From positions 37,448,001-37,512,000 of the forward strand of contig OX597824.1 of NCBI GenBank assembly GCA_951406725.2: a DNA stretch of 64,000 bases. Direction: 5' to 3'. The stretch is from Octopus vulgaris (Eukaryota). The position numbers were made by a program, and so were the translations under genes. This document shows, piece by piece, positions 38,291-52,287 of the stretch. The notes below the pieces were generated by a model. That model did not search any database and was not told the DNA's origin. It was given only the letters and a program-made list of their open reading frames with translations. Every line of letters begins with the position of its first letter. Position 1 is the first letter of the stretch.

Positions 38291-38427
38291 TTTATTTAAA
38301 GCAACAGAAAATTCAACAAAACCTGTTACTCTGAGTTTCCCGTTGCCGTTCGTCGGACGTCCGACGAACGGCAACGGGAAACTCAGAGTAACTGGTTTTG
38401 TTGAATTTTCTGCTGCTTTAAATAAAG
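38290..38427. repeat. 138-bp near-perfect palindrome with a hammerhead-like motif on each arm
   Basis: Centre gacgtc; two mismatches; each arm reads CCGACGA-acggcaacgg-GAAA-ctcagag-TA. Confidence 0.85.
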
Positions 38428-38495
38428 CATATTACTCTACTACTGGTATTTGAGTACTCTTTTTTTCCACCTTGTTTCACATTTATGTTTACTCC

Positions 38496-38584
<89 letters not shown>

Positions 38585-38599
38585 ATGTATGTATGTATG

Positions 38600-38678
<79 letters not shown>

Positions 38679-38758
38679 CTGTTAAACAAGACAGCAAACA
38701 TTAAGGCAAGCCAAACATCTCAAGTCGTATACAATATTATTATAGGAAGAAATTCAAA

Positions 38759-38814
38759 ATCTTACAGCTGTTTCTGGGATATCCCCGAGTGTAGGATATA
38801 CCGTCATCAGAGAC
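38759..38814 (-). ncRNA. Type I hammerhead ribozyme motif (same family as 34877)
   Basis: gtct-CTGATGA-cggtatatcc(tacactcgg)ggatatccca-GAAA-cagctg-TA-agat. Confidence 0.65.
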
Positions 38815-39711
38815 AAATAGGAGAAAGATAGGGAAAATGACCATGGCATTTATAAATAAGATGACGACATATAGGAAGAGAGTAAAAGAATAAGATGGAA
38901 AGAAAGAAGAAAAAAGAAGCATAAAAGTTCATAGTTCAACTTTCCGAAGTTATAGAGACCAGAGCACGAGTCCTTAGGTGCAATCCTGCGTAGATCAATG
39001 AGCGTAAGGACCTACGCTCATGTCCGAGTTGATATCTGCGCCCCCCCCCATTTTTTCCCTAAATTTTTTCCGATTCCTGTTTTCGATACAATAGGTTAAG
39101 ATTTTACGCAAAAAAGCACGTTCTCAATATTTTAATTTTCTCCCTCCCCAAATTTTTTTCTTGGCAATCAACGGAGAAAAAAAACAACAACATAGAGTAC
39201 GAATTTAAGAAACACTAAAATCTCCTTGCCAAATATTCACCCACCACGTCATCATTTTCAAAAACTCCCAATATTTCACTTTCAGCTATTTGGAAAGCGG
39301 GAAAGTTTTTTCAGAAATAATGTCGTTTACCTTTTGTTTCTAGCATGTTGGGTTTTCTGGTGGTGGTCTGGTATTTTTTACATCTGCTATTTCAGTACAA
39401 TTCTACGCATGCGTGAAATATCAAACAAAAGTGACGCATTGGGTGGATCTAGCTTTTTGAAAGCAGGTAGGTGAGGGATGGGCGAGGTGGAGGAAGGGGC
39501 ATTAAATATTTCTTTAAGAAAATTAAACTTTGAAAAAATAAATTCCCAGATTTGTAATCTCTGTGTTTTTGTGTTTTTCTACGTGGATAATAAAAAAATC
39601 GAAAAAAACGTTTCAAATCAAGTAATTGCGGTGGGAATGAGGGGAAATTCAAATTTTGAAAATAAAATTTCTTGATAAATCGTATTAACCCCCTTTTATA
39701 AGATGGAACAA

Positions 39712-40137
39712 GGATCTTTTCGGTTTGACCGGCAGTTTTTTAAAATAATTTCCACGCAATTAAACACTTTTAAACTTCGTATACTGGTAGAATGTGTCTA
39801 TAAAACATCTTTTTCTCTTGGCTTTATTAAGAAAATTCTATAGTTTGTAAGATATTTGTTGTTTTTTTTCTTCAATTTCTGCAATTTCAACCAATCAATG
39901 ATGCCTATTGAGGTGAAAACATTCTGTGTCGTATGAATATGTCCCTCGTTTAAGAAACAGATTGGGTTTATTTACATTTCTGAAGAAAAAAAGATACCCT
40001 TCCCCCCACCCCTAACCCTAACTCTAACCCTAACTCACAGATTGAAATGCAATAGATCGATACTAGGGTCATAATTATGGGTGACAATTTCATATGACCC
40101 CCGCTAGAAAAAACTGCCGTTCGAACCGAAAAGATCC
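39712..40137. mobile_element. Same MITE family, 8-bp TSD (tggaacaa)
   Basis: Near-identical to 10696-11132; exact TSD. Confidence 0.88.
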
Positions 40138-40364
40138 TGGAACAATACATAGTTTGTGATCCTTCTTAAGAACAGAAAGCACTTTCATGCAAACGCATGC
40201 AAACTGTACCCTCCCCTTCACTTTTAAACAAACGATAACTTCCATTACGCCAGTAATCCAGTTCACTATATATCAGCTGTACCGATTCTACCCATAAGAA
40301 AGGAACAAATAATACTATTTGGCTGTAGATCATAACACTCGGGTAACGCCAGGATACATCAACA

Positions 40365-40398
<34 letters not shown>

Positions 40399-41369
40399 AT
40401 ATATATGTATATATGTATACACATACACAAGCCTATTAAGAAATAGTTAAAAACTATGATAAATTTACGATCTATGATCATTTTTATGTTAAGTAAGGTT
40501 TTATTAACTAATTGATACACATACGCATGCGCGCGCCCACATTAAGTGGAACAATAATCTAAACGACGCCAACACTTGCGATACATACATACATATATAT
40601 ATATATAGAGAGAGAGATATATACATATATTGTATGTGAGTATGTGTGTGTGTGCGTGCGTGCGCGCGTCAGTGCGTGTCATTTACAAATTGGAAATTCC
40701 CACTTTTTTTTGCTAAATCATTGTCCTGCTTGTTTACAGGCTTTTGTAGGTCATTACTCCTATCTCCGTTTTAGTAGCTCATACAAAATACCATGAACAA
40801 TTTTCCAGTTTTTTCTTTCTTTTGTTATCATTTCTGAATATCTCAACTAAAAGGAAGAGAAAAAGAAATTAAATAGCAGGCTTTTTGATAAACAAGCAAG
40901 TAAAAAAAACCCACCTTGTCATTTTATACCGACATTGATAGTCTGTGTTGGTGTGAATATCGTAATTGATGCCCAGAGCCTTTCCAAGCAATTTCAGGCA
41001 TTCAGTCTGGGCTGGCGGTTACGTGGCAGTTGTCTTCAATGCAGGCGATGCTTGATGATCAGCCTGAATGGTTACTTATCGGAATCGTTTCAAATCGAAC
41101 ACTAGAACGCCTTTCTTTAACTCGTGAGTCATTTCTTAATAAACTGGAATTTTTGAAAGCATCCCGTTCGAAGTGGAAGGCAAAACAGTTGTGAAGGCAT
41201 ATGAAGGATGAAATCAACACGATAGTGTTGAAGACTATGGTGGTTGACACCATGCTAAAAGAAAAGGGGGCGGTAACAAGAGGAAAAAAAAATAATTACT
41301 CGGACAATTTGATAAACTTGCATCTCGGTACCTGTTGAAGCGATCTATGCTGGCGGCCAAGGTCGTGAA

Positions 41370-41540
41370 CAAGGCCGGCTCAAGGTACCGTCAACTCGGG
41401 CAGTCGCGCGGGGCGCTATTTGCTAGGTGTCATGACGCCAAAAAGGGCATGATAAAGACAAGGAAATTTGCACGACCGTCAGCTTGTACACGCCGATGTT
41501 CAACTTGCCCAGAGCGCCAGCAACCTTAGGGCCGGCCCTG
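41370..41540. mobile_element. hAT-type MITE with 8-bp TSD gtcgtgaa
   Basis: TIR caaggccggctcaagg / ccttagggccggccctg; exact TSD. Confidence 0.82.
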
Positions 41541-44500
41541 GTCGTGAAGTACTAAGCTGACGATTCGTTATGTTGCTCGAGGTCTGAGTTGATCCCGATC
41601 TCCAGGTGGGTATGAACTGGGACGAGGCTATGAGCAGAGTGTTTCACCCAGAAATGAGCTGAGAGGAATCTATCATTGAAAGCTCAGGCAAAGGGGGTAA
41701 ATGCTTATATCGTTTATCACCGACTGGTTCTTGTGCATTACTCAGGTTTTCGTTTAACCACATTGGAGCATTAGCGCTTTTATTTCTCGTGAAAAGAACG
41801 CCATTAGTTAGATGAACCATCTGTTGTTAACATCCGCAACGTGGCATGTATGGTCTGATTTGTAGGCAAGCATTGAAGCTACAACATCCGAGACGGTAAG
41901 TACTGTAGATGCGGATATTTTTTGCCAAGTGCTTTTCCCCCACAGGTCACTGACTGCGTAGCAGGCATGAAACAACCCAAGACCAATATTATCGACAGAA
42001 ACATTGCCAGCACTTATATCATGACTAATCGAGTAACAGTTTTGGTAGGATGTCTACGTTAGTGGACTAATGGTAAAGGAGGTCGACATCATTTTTTGAG
42101 AAAATCCGGGTGTCTGCCAGAATCAACTGGTTGGCAAGTTTCAAATGTATTTCAGCCCAAGAGCTAAGAATAACTTCTAAGAATCCTTTCCCGGTTTGTG
42201 ACCAACATTCCAGTCATGGAAATGCTGTCAACTTGATCTGTCCAAGATACGCACAGACTTACGAAATTATTCTTCACATTCGAAGTGTCTGAGTTATGGT
42301 GGAGTTATAGAGGTTTTCAAACAGCTACTGTCGGGGTTTAGGACGGATCCGGCTTTCGGTCGAGTCCTTCGTAATGATCGAAAGCCGCAAGATAAAAGAA
42401 AACTACCAAGTACTTCCTTTGGCTGGCAAGGGCAGACAGTTTTCTTTTGTTTTTCATCATTTTTAGATCAAAAATAAAGTGCCAATTGCTAATCAAATTC
42501 TGGATAAATAGTATCAACTAACCCCGCCCCACAAATTGCTGGCCTTGTGCTTAAACCAAAAGTAATCATTATTATTGCTTAACAGTAACTTTATTGGAGA
42601 ATATAAGTAAATGTTAGCTGTCCACAATTGTGGAATAAAGTAACACTCTACGTTTAGATTTAAGAGAACTTCGCAAAGGATTCGTGCAATTTCAAACAAC
42701 ACACCTTTAATGACTATGCTCTTTTTATCTCCTACTTCAAATCAACGTATCTAATCTGCTTCCCTTCTTCTCTTCCCAACACTTTGTCACCACCAATGTC
42801 TACGATTATAGATTTTTTCCCTCCTTATTCACAGCCGCTATATCTGGCTTTCGATGTTAAATTTCACCATCACCCCACAGTATCTTGTTATTCTCGATAG
42901 GTTTCACCCATACCACGCTCTTTCTCAATCCAATCCATACATGCAACACACCTTCCAGTGAATCATTCTTGCCACGTTATTGTTTTCTTTTGTATTCCTT
43001 TTGGGCGAGCTTGCTGCACGCATTCACCGTATGTATGCCATATTATTATTGTTGCTGTCGTTAAGATGGGAGATGGCGGAATCGTCAGTGTGTTCTGAGA
43101 AAAATGCTCAGAGACAATGCTTCTTGTTCTTTGCGATCTGAGTTCAAATTCTGCAGTAACCAACTTTGATTTTCGTCATTTCAGGATCGGTAAAATAAAA
43201 TACCTAGTTAAGTACTAGTATCAATGTAACTTACTAACCCCACCTCACTAAAATTGTTGGTCTCGTACCAAAATTTGAAGCATGATTAATTACTCCAAGT
43301 GACCTCTCCCAGTTTTATAATATGCCCTCGTAATGTCATATGACAATGATGCAAATATTTGGTTTTACCCTTCATTTGTTAGTCCCACTGTTTTATGTAA
43401 CCCGTCTTTGCAAAAAAAAAAAACAAAAACTTCTTTTCTCTGTCACGTCTGAAGCTAACAAAAGAAAGCATTATTAATTGGTGGAATTTTGAAATTGCTT
43501 AGGAAACATGACTTATTTATGTCACTGCAAAATTACCATAATGAATAGTAAACACACACACACAATGTTGCCACTCCTTATGCCACTACTAGGATTAGCA
43601 ACAACAAATAACTATCAACACCACTAGTTACCAACTCACCACCATTGACATACAGACGTTTATCACAAATATTTAACACTTTTTTGAAAGCTGAAATTTA
43701 CGCCGAGAATAAAAATGCAATAAAAATATTCTTTGCCGTCATCTCCTTTTGGCCACAACTATCTTCACAGCCACAGAAAACATGAATTTATTCATCTTCA
43801 CAATAAAATCATTATAAAATCGAGGGATATTTGCATGCAGCATATTATAATAATAGTAGTACAGCAGTTTTTTTTTTTAGATCCAAATAATGTTCAATCT
43901 TACAAGTTATTTAACAATTCACAATGAAAATAAAATTAAATCGGTCGGCGATGTTTCGGGCGATAGTTCGTTTTAGTTAAATTTTATGAAAGTTTAAACA
44001 GTTTCTGTTTAATACTGTAAACGTATTAAGTAAGATTAAAGTTGTATTATACTTGATCTATTTAACATGGTGCATTGATGCATTACAGATATTACAGATA
44101 TTTTAGGGTTTATTTCAAATTTTACTCAACAGCAACAAGGTATCTTTATGAATAAAGGAAAACATGCATGTTCCGTGATGCTAGACTAAACATTGTACCG
44201 TGGAGGTAAAATGTTTCGACTTAGCTCTTGTGCATGAAACCTCCTTATAAGCCTAAAAACGGAGAAAGTTTTGTTTATTTGTAAACTAACACAGGTATCA
44301 ACTGTACTTAAACAAACATGCATGCACGCTCGCATGCACACGCACGCACGCATGCACACTCACGCACGCATGCACACGCACACACACACAGATATACGCG
44401 CAGTTCTCTCAAAACGAACCCCTGAATTTAATGAATGAGGAAAATTTGTTCAGATGGCTACAGTTTTAGGACTCAAACATAAAAGAACAAAATAATTAGG

Positions 44501-44624
44501 ATCAGAGACTTCCGTTCCATTTATTTCGGGATCCAGCCAAAAGCCCCCCCCCCCCTGGGACAAAAGCCCTGTAGTTAAAGTGTGAAAGTGAACAAAAGCC
44601 CCTCGGTTATTTTTCGTTTTTTTT

Positions 44625-45200
44625 TTTCACCTTTTACTTGTTTCAGTCAAAAGATTGTGGCCATGCAGGGGTACTGCCTTGAAGAATTTTTATTTGAACA
44701 TATCGACCCCAGAATTCCCCACCCCTTATTGCAGTTATTAGACTGCGGCCGGCCATGCTGGACACCGCCTTGAAGAATTTTTAGATGGCTGTATGGAACC
44801 CAGAATTTTTTTAAAGCCTGATCAAAACTACTTCTGTGATATATTTTCTTTTGTCTTTTTACTTGTTGCAGTCATTAGACTGTGGCCATGCTGGGACACC
44901 ATCTTGAGGAATTTTTAGTTGAATGTATCGACCCCAGAAAATGTTTAAATGATTTTCAACCAGCGCATGAAATTAAGCCGACGAGATCTCTCCATATGCT
45001 AGAAATAACAGCCAAATCTCTTGAAATTTTTTAATAACATCCTCGGTTTTGAAATTTTTTTTTTCTAAAAATCTCTTTGCTTGTTTCAATCACTGGACTG
45101 CAGCCATGTTGGGGCACGCCCTTGAGGAATTTTTAGTCGAATATATCGACCACAGAATCATTTTTAGGGATTTTTAACCAGCACATGAAGTTAAGCCTAG
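44625..45200 (-). repeat. Tandem array of about 4 SINE-A 3' tails
   Basis: Repeated tttcagtca...ggccatgctgg..caccgccttgaagaatttt...cgaccccagaa. Confidence 0.7.
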
Positions 45201-45202
45201 AA

Positions 45203-45529
45203 CAGGGCTGGCCATCCCGAGACCCGTAGGTTGCATGCGGCCTGCCAGATTTTTATCTTGCGGCCTGCTTGATACTTTCTTGAAATGGGTTTATTTAAAC
45301 AGACATTTTAAAAATTTCATCAAAAATTAAAGATTATAATGGAAAGTGAAAAAGAAGGATACTACTGTTTTTGCAACGATAATATTTCATGTTCAATCAA
45401 CGATTATTCGTTCATTATTGTAAAAATAGCATGAGAAATGTTTTTCAATTCCGTCAGTATACAAAAGGTCCTCAAAAGACTTTCTGTGATTAAAGTGGCC
45501 CGCAATGTAATTCGAGCTGGCCAGGCCTG
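45203..45529. mobile_element. hAT/Charlie-type MITE
   Basis: cagggctggcca...tggccaggcctg; TSD gcctagaa/gtctagaa (NTCTAGAN type). Confidence 0.78.
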
Positions 45530-45919
45530 GTCTAGAAGGTCTCTCCACATGCTAGAAATAACAGCCAAATCCTGTTTTCTGATAAAGTAAAACTGATTAA
45601 ACTTTAAACCTTAGTATCATTTTTCTGAAATTTTTTGGGGAAATAACAAAATCGGATTTAACATGGAAAATTATTTCAATTTTTACGTAATTTAAAAATT
45701 TCCCAATATGTGACAGCAACAGGGAAGACCCTACAAAAGTAGAGAGACAGACAGTCATAGGATGTCACACACACAGACACACACACACACAACACACACA
45801 CAACACACACACACACACATACTGAAACACACACAGACACACACATACACATTTACAAACATACACACAGGTAATCACGAGTTTAAAATGGTGTATAGTA
45901 GACATGCGTTTATGTATGC

Positions 45920-45957
<38 letters not shown>

Positions 45958-46507
45958 CTGTGTGTGAGTGTTTCTTTGCAATGGACAGTAGAAAAGCCAT
46001 CTGCCTACTCACTTCTTAAAGCTACGTATTCATTACACCCACCTTTCTTTCCCTTCCTCAGTATTTTAAAAGTTAGTTATGTGTATGTACATGTGTGTGT
46101 GTGTGTGTGTGTGTGTATGCATGTTTCTATGTATTTATGTATGTATGCAGTGTCACATGTATATCTGTGAATGACAGCAGTATTGACGTTACCAACCCAC
46201 TGTCACTATGGCACACTCACTATGTCACCACATTTCCCTCACCCTAACACTCTTTGTACTCTTTTCATTTTATCAACATGATCCTCAATTGTTCCAGCTT
46301 CTGCAGCAGAGACTGGAGTACAAGCACATGCAAAACAGGCAAGGGGGAGTAATTCTGATGGCTCGGTGGCATTTGGAAGGGCATCCAGTTGTAAAAACCT
46401 GTGTGAGTGTCACGTAAAAAGCACTCATCCCACTCTACCATTAACGATGGTAGATTATTTGCTTTTTGGTTTTGAATTGCATCTAACCACCTTAGTTATT
46501 TTATATA

Positions 46508-46892
46508 CAGTAGAACCGCGCAGTACAAGTGCACCATTGTACAAGTAATTTGCTGTATGAGCTGAGACTTGTGTGAATTTTTGTCTTGAAGTATGAGTGG
46601 AAATCCACAGTACGAGCACACAAATCATCCCATCTTTAAGGAAATTCAGTTAATTAGACCAGTTTACTTATTTCTTTTGCATTCTCCTTTTTATAATTGT
46701 CATTTTACTTGTAACTATGCCTTTTCTGTTTTAAAACCCATAAACAATTATTTTTGAGTGATTTTTGGGTGCTGGAATGGATTAATTAGATTTTAGTTAA
46801 TTTCAATGGGGAAAATTGATTTGTTAAATGAGTAAATCATAAGACAAACTTGGTCATAGAACGAATTAAACTCGTACTGTAAGGTATCACAG
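46508..46892. mobile_element. Tc1/pogo (Tigger-like) MITE
   Basis: ta|cagtagaaccgcgcagtacaag ... ctcgtactgtaaggtatcacag|ta. Confidence 0.6.
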
Positions 46893-46960
<68 letters not shown>

Positions 46961-46989
46961 CATCTGCTGGATGTATATATATATGCAGA

Positions 46990-47663
46990 GTGTAAGTGCC
47001 CTTATAGAAAAGTTGGGCATAAGAAGCATCAAATCTGGTGTGCAAGAGAGGCATCTGTGCTGGTATGGTCATGTGTTATGTATGAATGAAGACAGCTGTG
47101 TGAGGATGTGACACTTCCTAACTTTGGAAAGAAACTGTAGAAGACGTAGACCCAGGAACACATGGAAATAGGTGGTGAAGCATAACCTTCAAACATTGGG
47201 CCTCACAGAGGCCAATGACAGAGACCAGGATCTTTGGAGATATGCTGTGATTGAGAAGACCCGGCAACTAAAGTGAGATTGCAGCCATGCATGTCCAGCC
47301 CTATTAAGAGTATCCTTGATGTGTCAGGCGATATGATATGCTTGAGAAGACCTGTTGAGTCAAGTAACACCAATATCGTAGCTGTGGCCCTGGACTGGCT
47401 CCCATGCCGGTGGCACATAAAAAGCACCCACTATACTCTTGGAGTGGTTAGCATTAGGAAGGGCATCCAGCTGTAGAAACATTGCCAGATCAGACTGGAG
47501 CCTGTTGCAGCTGCTGGCTCTCCAGACCTCAGTCAAACCATCCAACCCATGCCAGCATGGAAAACAGACGTTAAACAATGATGATAATAATGACATACAT
47601 ACATACATACATACATACATACATACATACATACATACATACATACATACATACATACATACA

Positions 47664-47694
<31 letters not shown>

Positions 47695-48422
47695 GTATGT
47701 ATGTTATGTATGTATGTTAGAGTGTAAGGCAGATTTTATGTTGCCTGTGTATGAACAGCTATTCTACATGGCAGTGAGACTTGGGTGTGACTACTGAGGA
47801 TATGCATAGGCTTGAAAGAAATGAAACCATTGAATGCTCCACTGAATAAGTAATGTCAGTGTAAATATATGTCAGAGTGTAAGTGATTTGAGAGAAAGAC
47901 TGAGTATATGAGGCATATCAGACGTAGTATGCAAGAGAAAACTGCTGGTATAGTTATGTAATGCATATGAATGAAGACAGTTGTATCAAAAGGTGAGAAT
48001 ATGTAATTATGGAGGGAAAGTGTGGAACGAAGTGATGAGAAAGTATCTTCACATGTTGGGTTGGGCCTCACAGAGGGGATAAAGGACTGAGAATCCTGGT
48101 GATCAGCTGTCCTTGAGAAGATACATCAAGCTAAGTAAAAGTGTGGTTGCCCTTGCATACAGGCTTGTCTCCTGCATCCCTCTCCAGCTTAGCATTCCTA
48201 ATCTTGTACGCTCAAGGGTGCTGGTGCCATGTAAAAAGCACCAGTGACGATGCTGCATAAAAGCCCTCAGTACACTCTGTAAAGTGGTGGGTGTTAGGAA
48301 GGGCATCCAGCCATAGAAACCATGCTAAAACAGACAATTGCAGTCTGGGCAGCTCTTCAGCTGGCCAGCATGGATAATAGATGTTAAATGATGATGACGA
48401 TGACATCGATGACAACGATGAT
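46990..48422 (+). mobile_element. Two RTE-clade LINE 3' ends (ORF2 end plus long 3' UTR, (GAT)n tail)
   Basis: VQERHLCWYGHVLCMNEDSCVR (RTE RLRWxGHV motif); UTR motif ggagtggttggcgttaggaagggcatccagctgtagaaac. Confidence 0.72.
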
Positions 48423-48904
48423 AAATATGTGTATGTGTGTATGTATATATTATTCATGCCCTTAGTGTATTGGACACAAACTGATTTTGACATTAAATTT
48501 TGGGGTAAAAAGATTTTTTACATATATTTATTAATTAATTATTTTATTATTGTAGTTATTTTTAACCTGATGAGTGGCTATATTTATATTGAAGTGATTT
48601 TACTACTACTAATATTATTTTTATTATAATCATTTCTTAAATATAGCCACGAAACATGTGTCATCATTCTACCAAATATATTCGTTTTATTTATTATTTT
48701 GCACATTACTTAATCATCGTTATATTTTTTATCTTATATATAGTTTTTCTATAATATGTAATTTTCTAGATGGTGTAATTTAATTTTTCATTATTGAATT
48801 GATAAAAGGTGTTTTTTCTCTAATTTATATATATATATATTATATTTTGTGAAATTTGATTTAGTATTTCTAAATTGAATTTTTCTCTTGTTTTGAAAGT
48901 TTGG

Positions 48905-50225
48905 AGAACTCATCCATCCAGCCGTCTGCATTTTATTACCAAATTAGTAATATGCACTTGGAAAGATGCATCATTGCTTATGTCAATACCCAGATCACGC
49001 ACTGATTTTGATTCAGGGATTTCAGTTCCTCCTGGGCCTGTGTATCCTGTCTGCATGTTGTTTACCTTTGTGTGCTGGTAGCGTAGAGCCTGGAATTTTC
49101 CTTCATTAAACTGCTTGTTGTTGACCTCCTCCCACCTGTATATTGTGTCCAACTCTTGTTGCAGATGTGCAATATTTCTAGGATTTTGTATTTTCTGAAA
49201 GACTTTTGTGTCATCTGCATAGCTAGCAAGTGTGGCTATCTGAGCAGCCGAGGGCATGTCTGAGAGGGCCACTATGAATAGCAGTGGCCCCAAGACTGTG
49301 CCCTGTGGAACACCACTTGCTATTTGTGTTTCCTTTGTGTTTCCTATTTGTGTTTCCATACTGCCTGATGTCTATCCTTTAGAAAGTTGTGCAGCCATTC
49401 TCCAAGTTTTCCACACATGCCAAGATCACGCAGTTTATGACATATCATGCCATGGTCGACTTTATCAAAGGCTTTTACAAAATTGAGATATATCACATCC
49501 ATGATTTAGTCATTCAGCAGCTGTTTTAACACCCAATCGTAGTGTTCCAGGAGCTGTGTCAGACAGCAAGTCATTTTCTTCTAGGAACATGATTAGTGTC
49601 TTGTAGACTATTCATTCCATGACTTTACTGATGTGTGAGGTCAGAGAGATAGGCCTATGATTTTTAGCATCTGCTCTGCTTCCTCCCTTATGGATAGGGC
49701 ATATTATCCCTTCCTTCAGTTTTTCTGGGAGCTTACCACTCGCAAGGAAGCTTTGGAAGAGAAGCTACAATGGTTTTGTAAGGGCTTGCTTGCATGATTT
49801 GACTAGGACTGCTAGAAATCCATCCGGGCCAGCTGCTGAGTTTGTGTCAACCTCATCTATGGCCAGTATTACATCTTCTTAAATTTTTATGTACTCAATT
49901 TTTTTAACCTCCTTGGTTTTAGGTAATGTGGCAAAGAATTCCTCTGGTTTGTTCACTTGCCTGTGTTCCAGCGGTGTTGTGAACACACTTTGGAACTGTT
50001 CGTTCAGTATTTCACTTACCCTCATGGGGTTTCCTGTGAGGGAGCCATCTTTTTGGAAGAGGGGTTCTATCTCGTGGCATATTGAGGCTGTTTCTTTGGC
50101 AAACTTAAAGAAAGCTTTAGGGTTTGACTTGACATTTTCTATAACTCAAGCTTCTTTATTTGCTCTCTCCTTTTCATGAGACTGATGCAGATGTTTCTCA
50201 ATCTCCAATAGCACTCTCTCCAGAC
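48905..50225 (-). mobile_element. CR1 internal fragment (RT), degenerate
   Basis: GVPQGTVLGPLLF and YADDTK; colinear with 1380-2720. Confidence 0.85.
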
Positions 50226-50353
50226 AAGACTTTTTGTGGAAGTGGGTAGGCCTGAAACGTTAAAGACTTTTTCAATTCCTGAGTGTTATACTAATAAACC
50301 TGTTTGTTTTCTTCACCACCTGTCTTTGTCTTTTGTTTTTTTCGTAAATTCTC

Positions 50354-50394
<41 letters not shown>

Positions 50395-50853
50395 ATATGT
50401 TTGTGTGTCTGTCTTTGTCCCTCCTACATCGCTTGACAACCGATATTGGTGTGTTTACGACCCCGTAACCTAGCAGTTCAGCAAAAAGAGACCGATAGAA
50501 TAAGTACTAGGCTTGCAAAGAATAAGTCCTGGGGTTGATTTGCTTGACTAAAGGCGGTGCTCCAGCATGGCTCAGTCAAATGACTGAAACAAGTAAATGA
50601 GTAATACGTATAACATATAATATATATATCTATAATATATAGATAATGTATATTTTATATATATATATAAATAGATATGTATATTTATATATGTATTTAT
50701 ATTATAAATATATATATATATAAATATATATAGATAGATATATATTTTTTTTACGACCAGTCCATCAGATGTAGTTACACATCGCTGGTCACAATGCGTT
50801 TGCATTGCTTTAGCCTTCGGATGACGCCACCCCGCTGGCTAAGCGAGCAGGCC

Positions 50854-50855
<2 letters not shown>

Positions 50856-50894
<39 letters not shown>

Positions 50895-51040
50895 GATAGA
50901 TATATATATATGTACTTATAGAATATATATATATATATATATATACACATACATACATATATATATACATGCATATATACACATACATACATATATATAT
51001 ATACATACATATATATATACACATACATATATATATACAT

Positions 51041-51071
<31 letters not shown>

Positions 51072-51172
51072 CATACATATATATATATACATACATATAT
51101 ATATATATACATACATATATATATATATATACATACATACATATATATATACATACATACATATATATATAT

Positions 51173-51207
<35 letters not shown>

Positions 51208-51224
51208 CATACATACATATATAT

Positions 51225-51257
<33 letters not shown>

Positions 51258-51279
51258 CATACATACATACATACATACA

Positions 51280-51311
<32 letters not shown>

Positions 51312-51318
51312 CATACAT

Positions 51319-51367
<49 letters not shown>

Positions 51368-51368
51368 A
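50856..51368. repeat. Compound (TA)n/(TACA)n microsatellite
   Basis: Directly visible; similar large tracts at 1-150, 52431-52625, 54750-55005 and 55540-56175. Confidence 0.95.
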
Positions 51369-51766
51369 TTAGGGTAGAAATTGATATTAATCAATTAAAA
51401 CCAGTGACTTAGCATATTTAAAAAATCCGAAGATTAAAAATTATATTACATACAGAATTAAGGTCTCTCAGGCATTTTGGAAGGATATTAAAGAGCTGTG
51501 GGCCCTTGAAGCCCAAGCTGTTGTGGCATCTGGTTCTGTATTTTGATGGCGATGCTGGGAGCTTTGGCACTATGCAGTGGCGTGCCATTCTGCTGTTTGA
51601 GACCATTTTTGTATTTTGGCATTTGCTGAAATTTTCTTCTTGAGAACACACTCTTCCTGGTAATGATGATTTGACGTCTATATTTAGCATATTAGTAGTT
51701 CACTTTAGTGGTCATTTCTCTTAATTTTGTATACATATATAATATATATATATATATACACACACG

Positions 51767-51812
<46 letters not shown>

Positions 51813-52254
51813 ATCAGCAGCAATTTAGATTCAAATGAATAGGGTATTTAATTTAGATGCACCAGAATTTTGTATGGTGTTACCCATAAAAATTTGCAGG
51901 GTGATTATAATAAAAAATAAGCAGCAAGAATGGCTCCGGTAATTTGGTATGTGTATATATATATATATATATATAGGCACGCCCTTCCACTTTATACACG
52001 ATTGTTTTATACATAACAGAACGTGTGTAAAATGTGGAAGGGTGTGCCTGTCAGTTGGAAGTCTAAAAAGACATGTTAAGAGAGTGCATACGGTGGCACC
52101 TGTTTCTCCTGCCAGCCAGCACAGTTGACTAATATGTAATAAAATGAGTAAAAGCTTGACCGGGCTTAAAAGTCATCACATGACAACAATCATGAATCAT
52201 TTCAGTAAGTCTGCTTGACAATGGCTTTTCACGTGTAACGAGGATGCATCTTTG

Positions 52255-52287
<33 letters not shown>

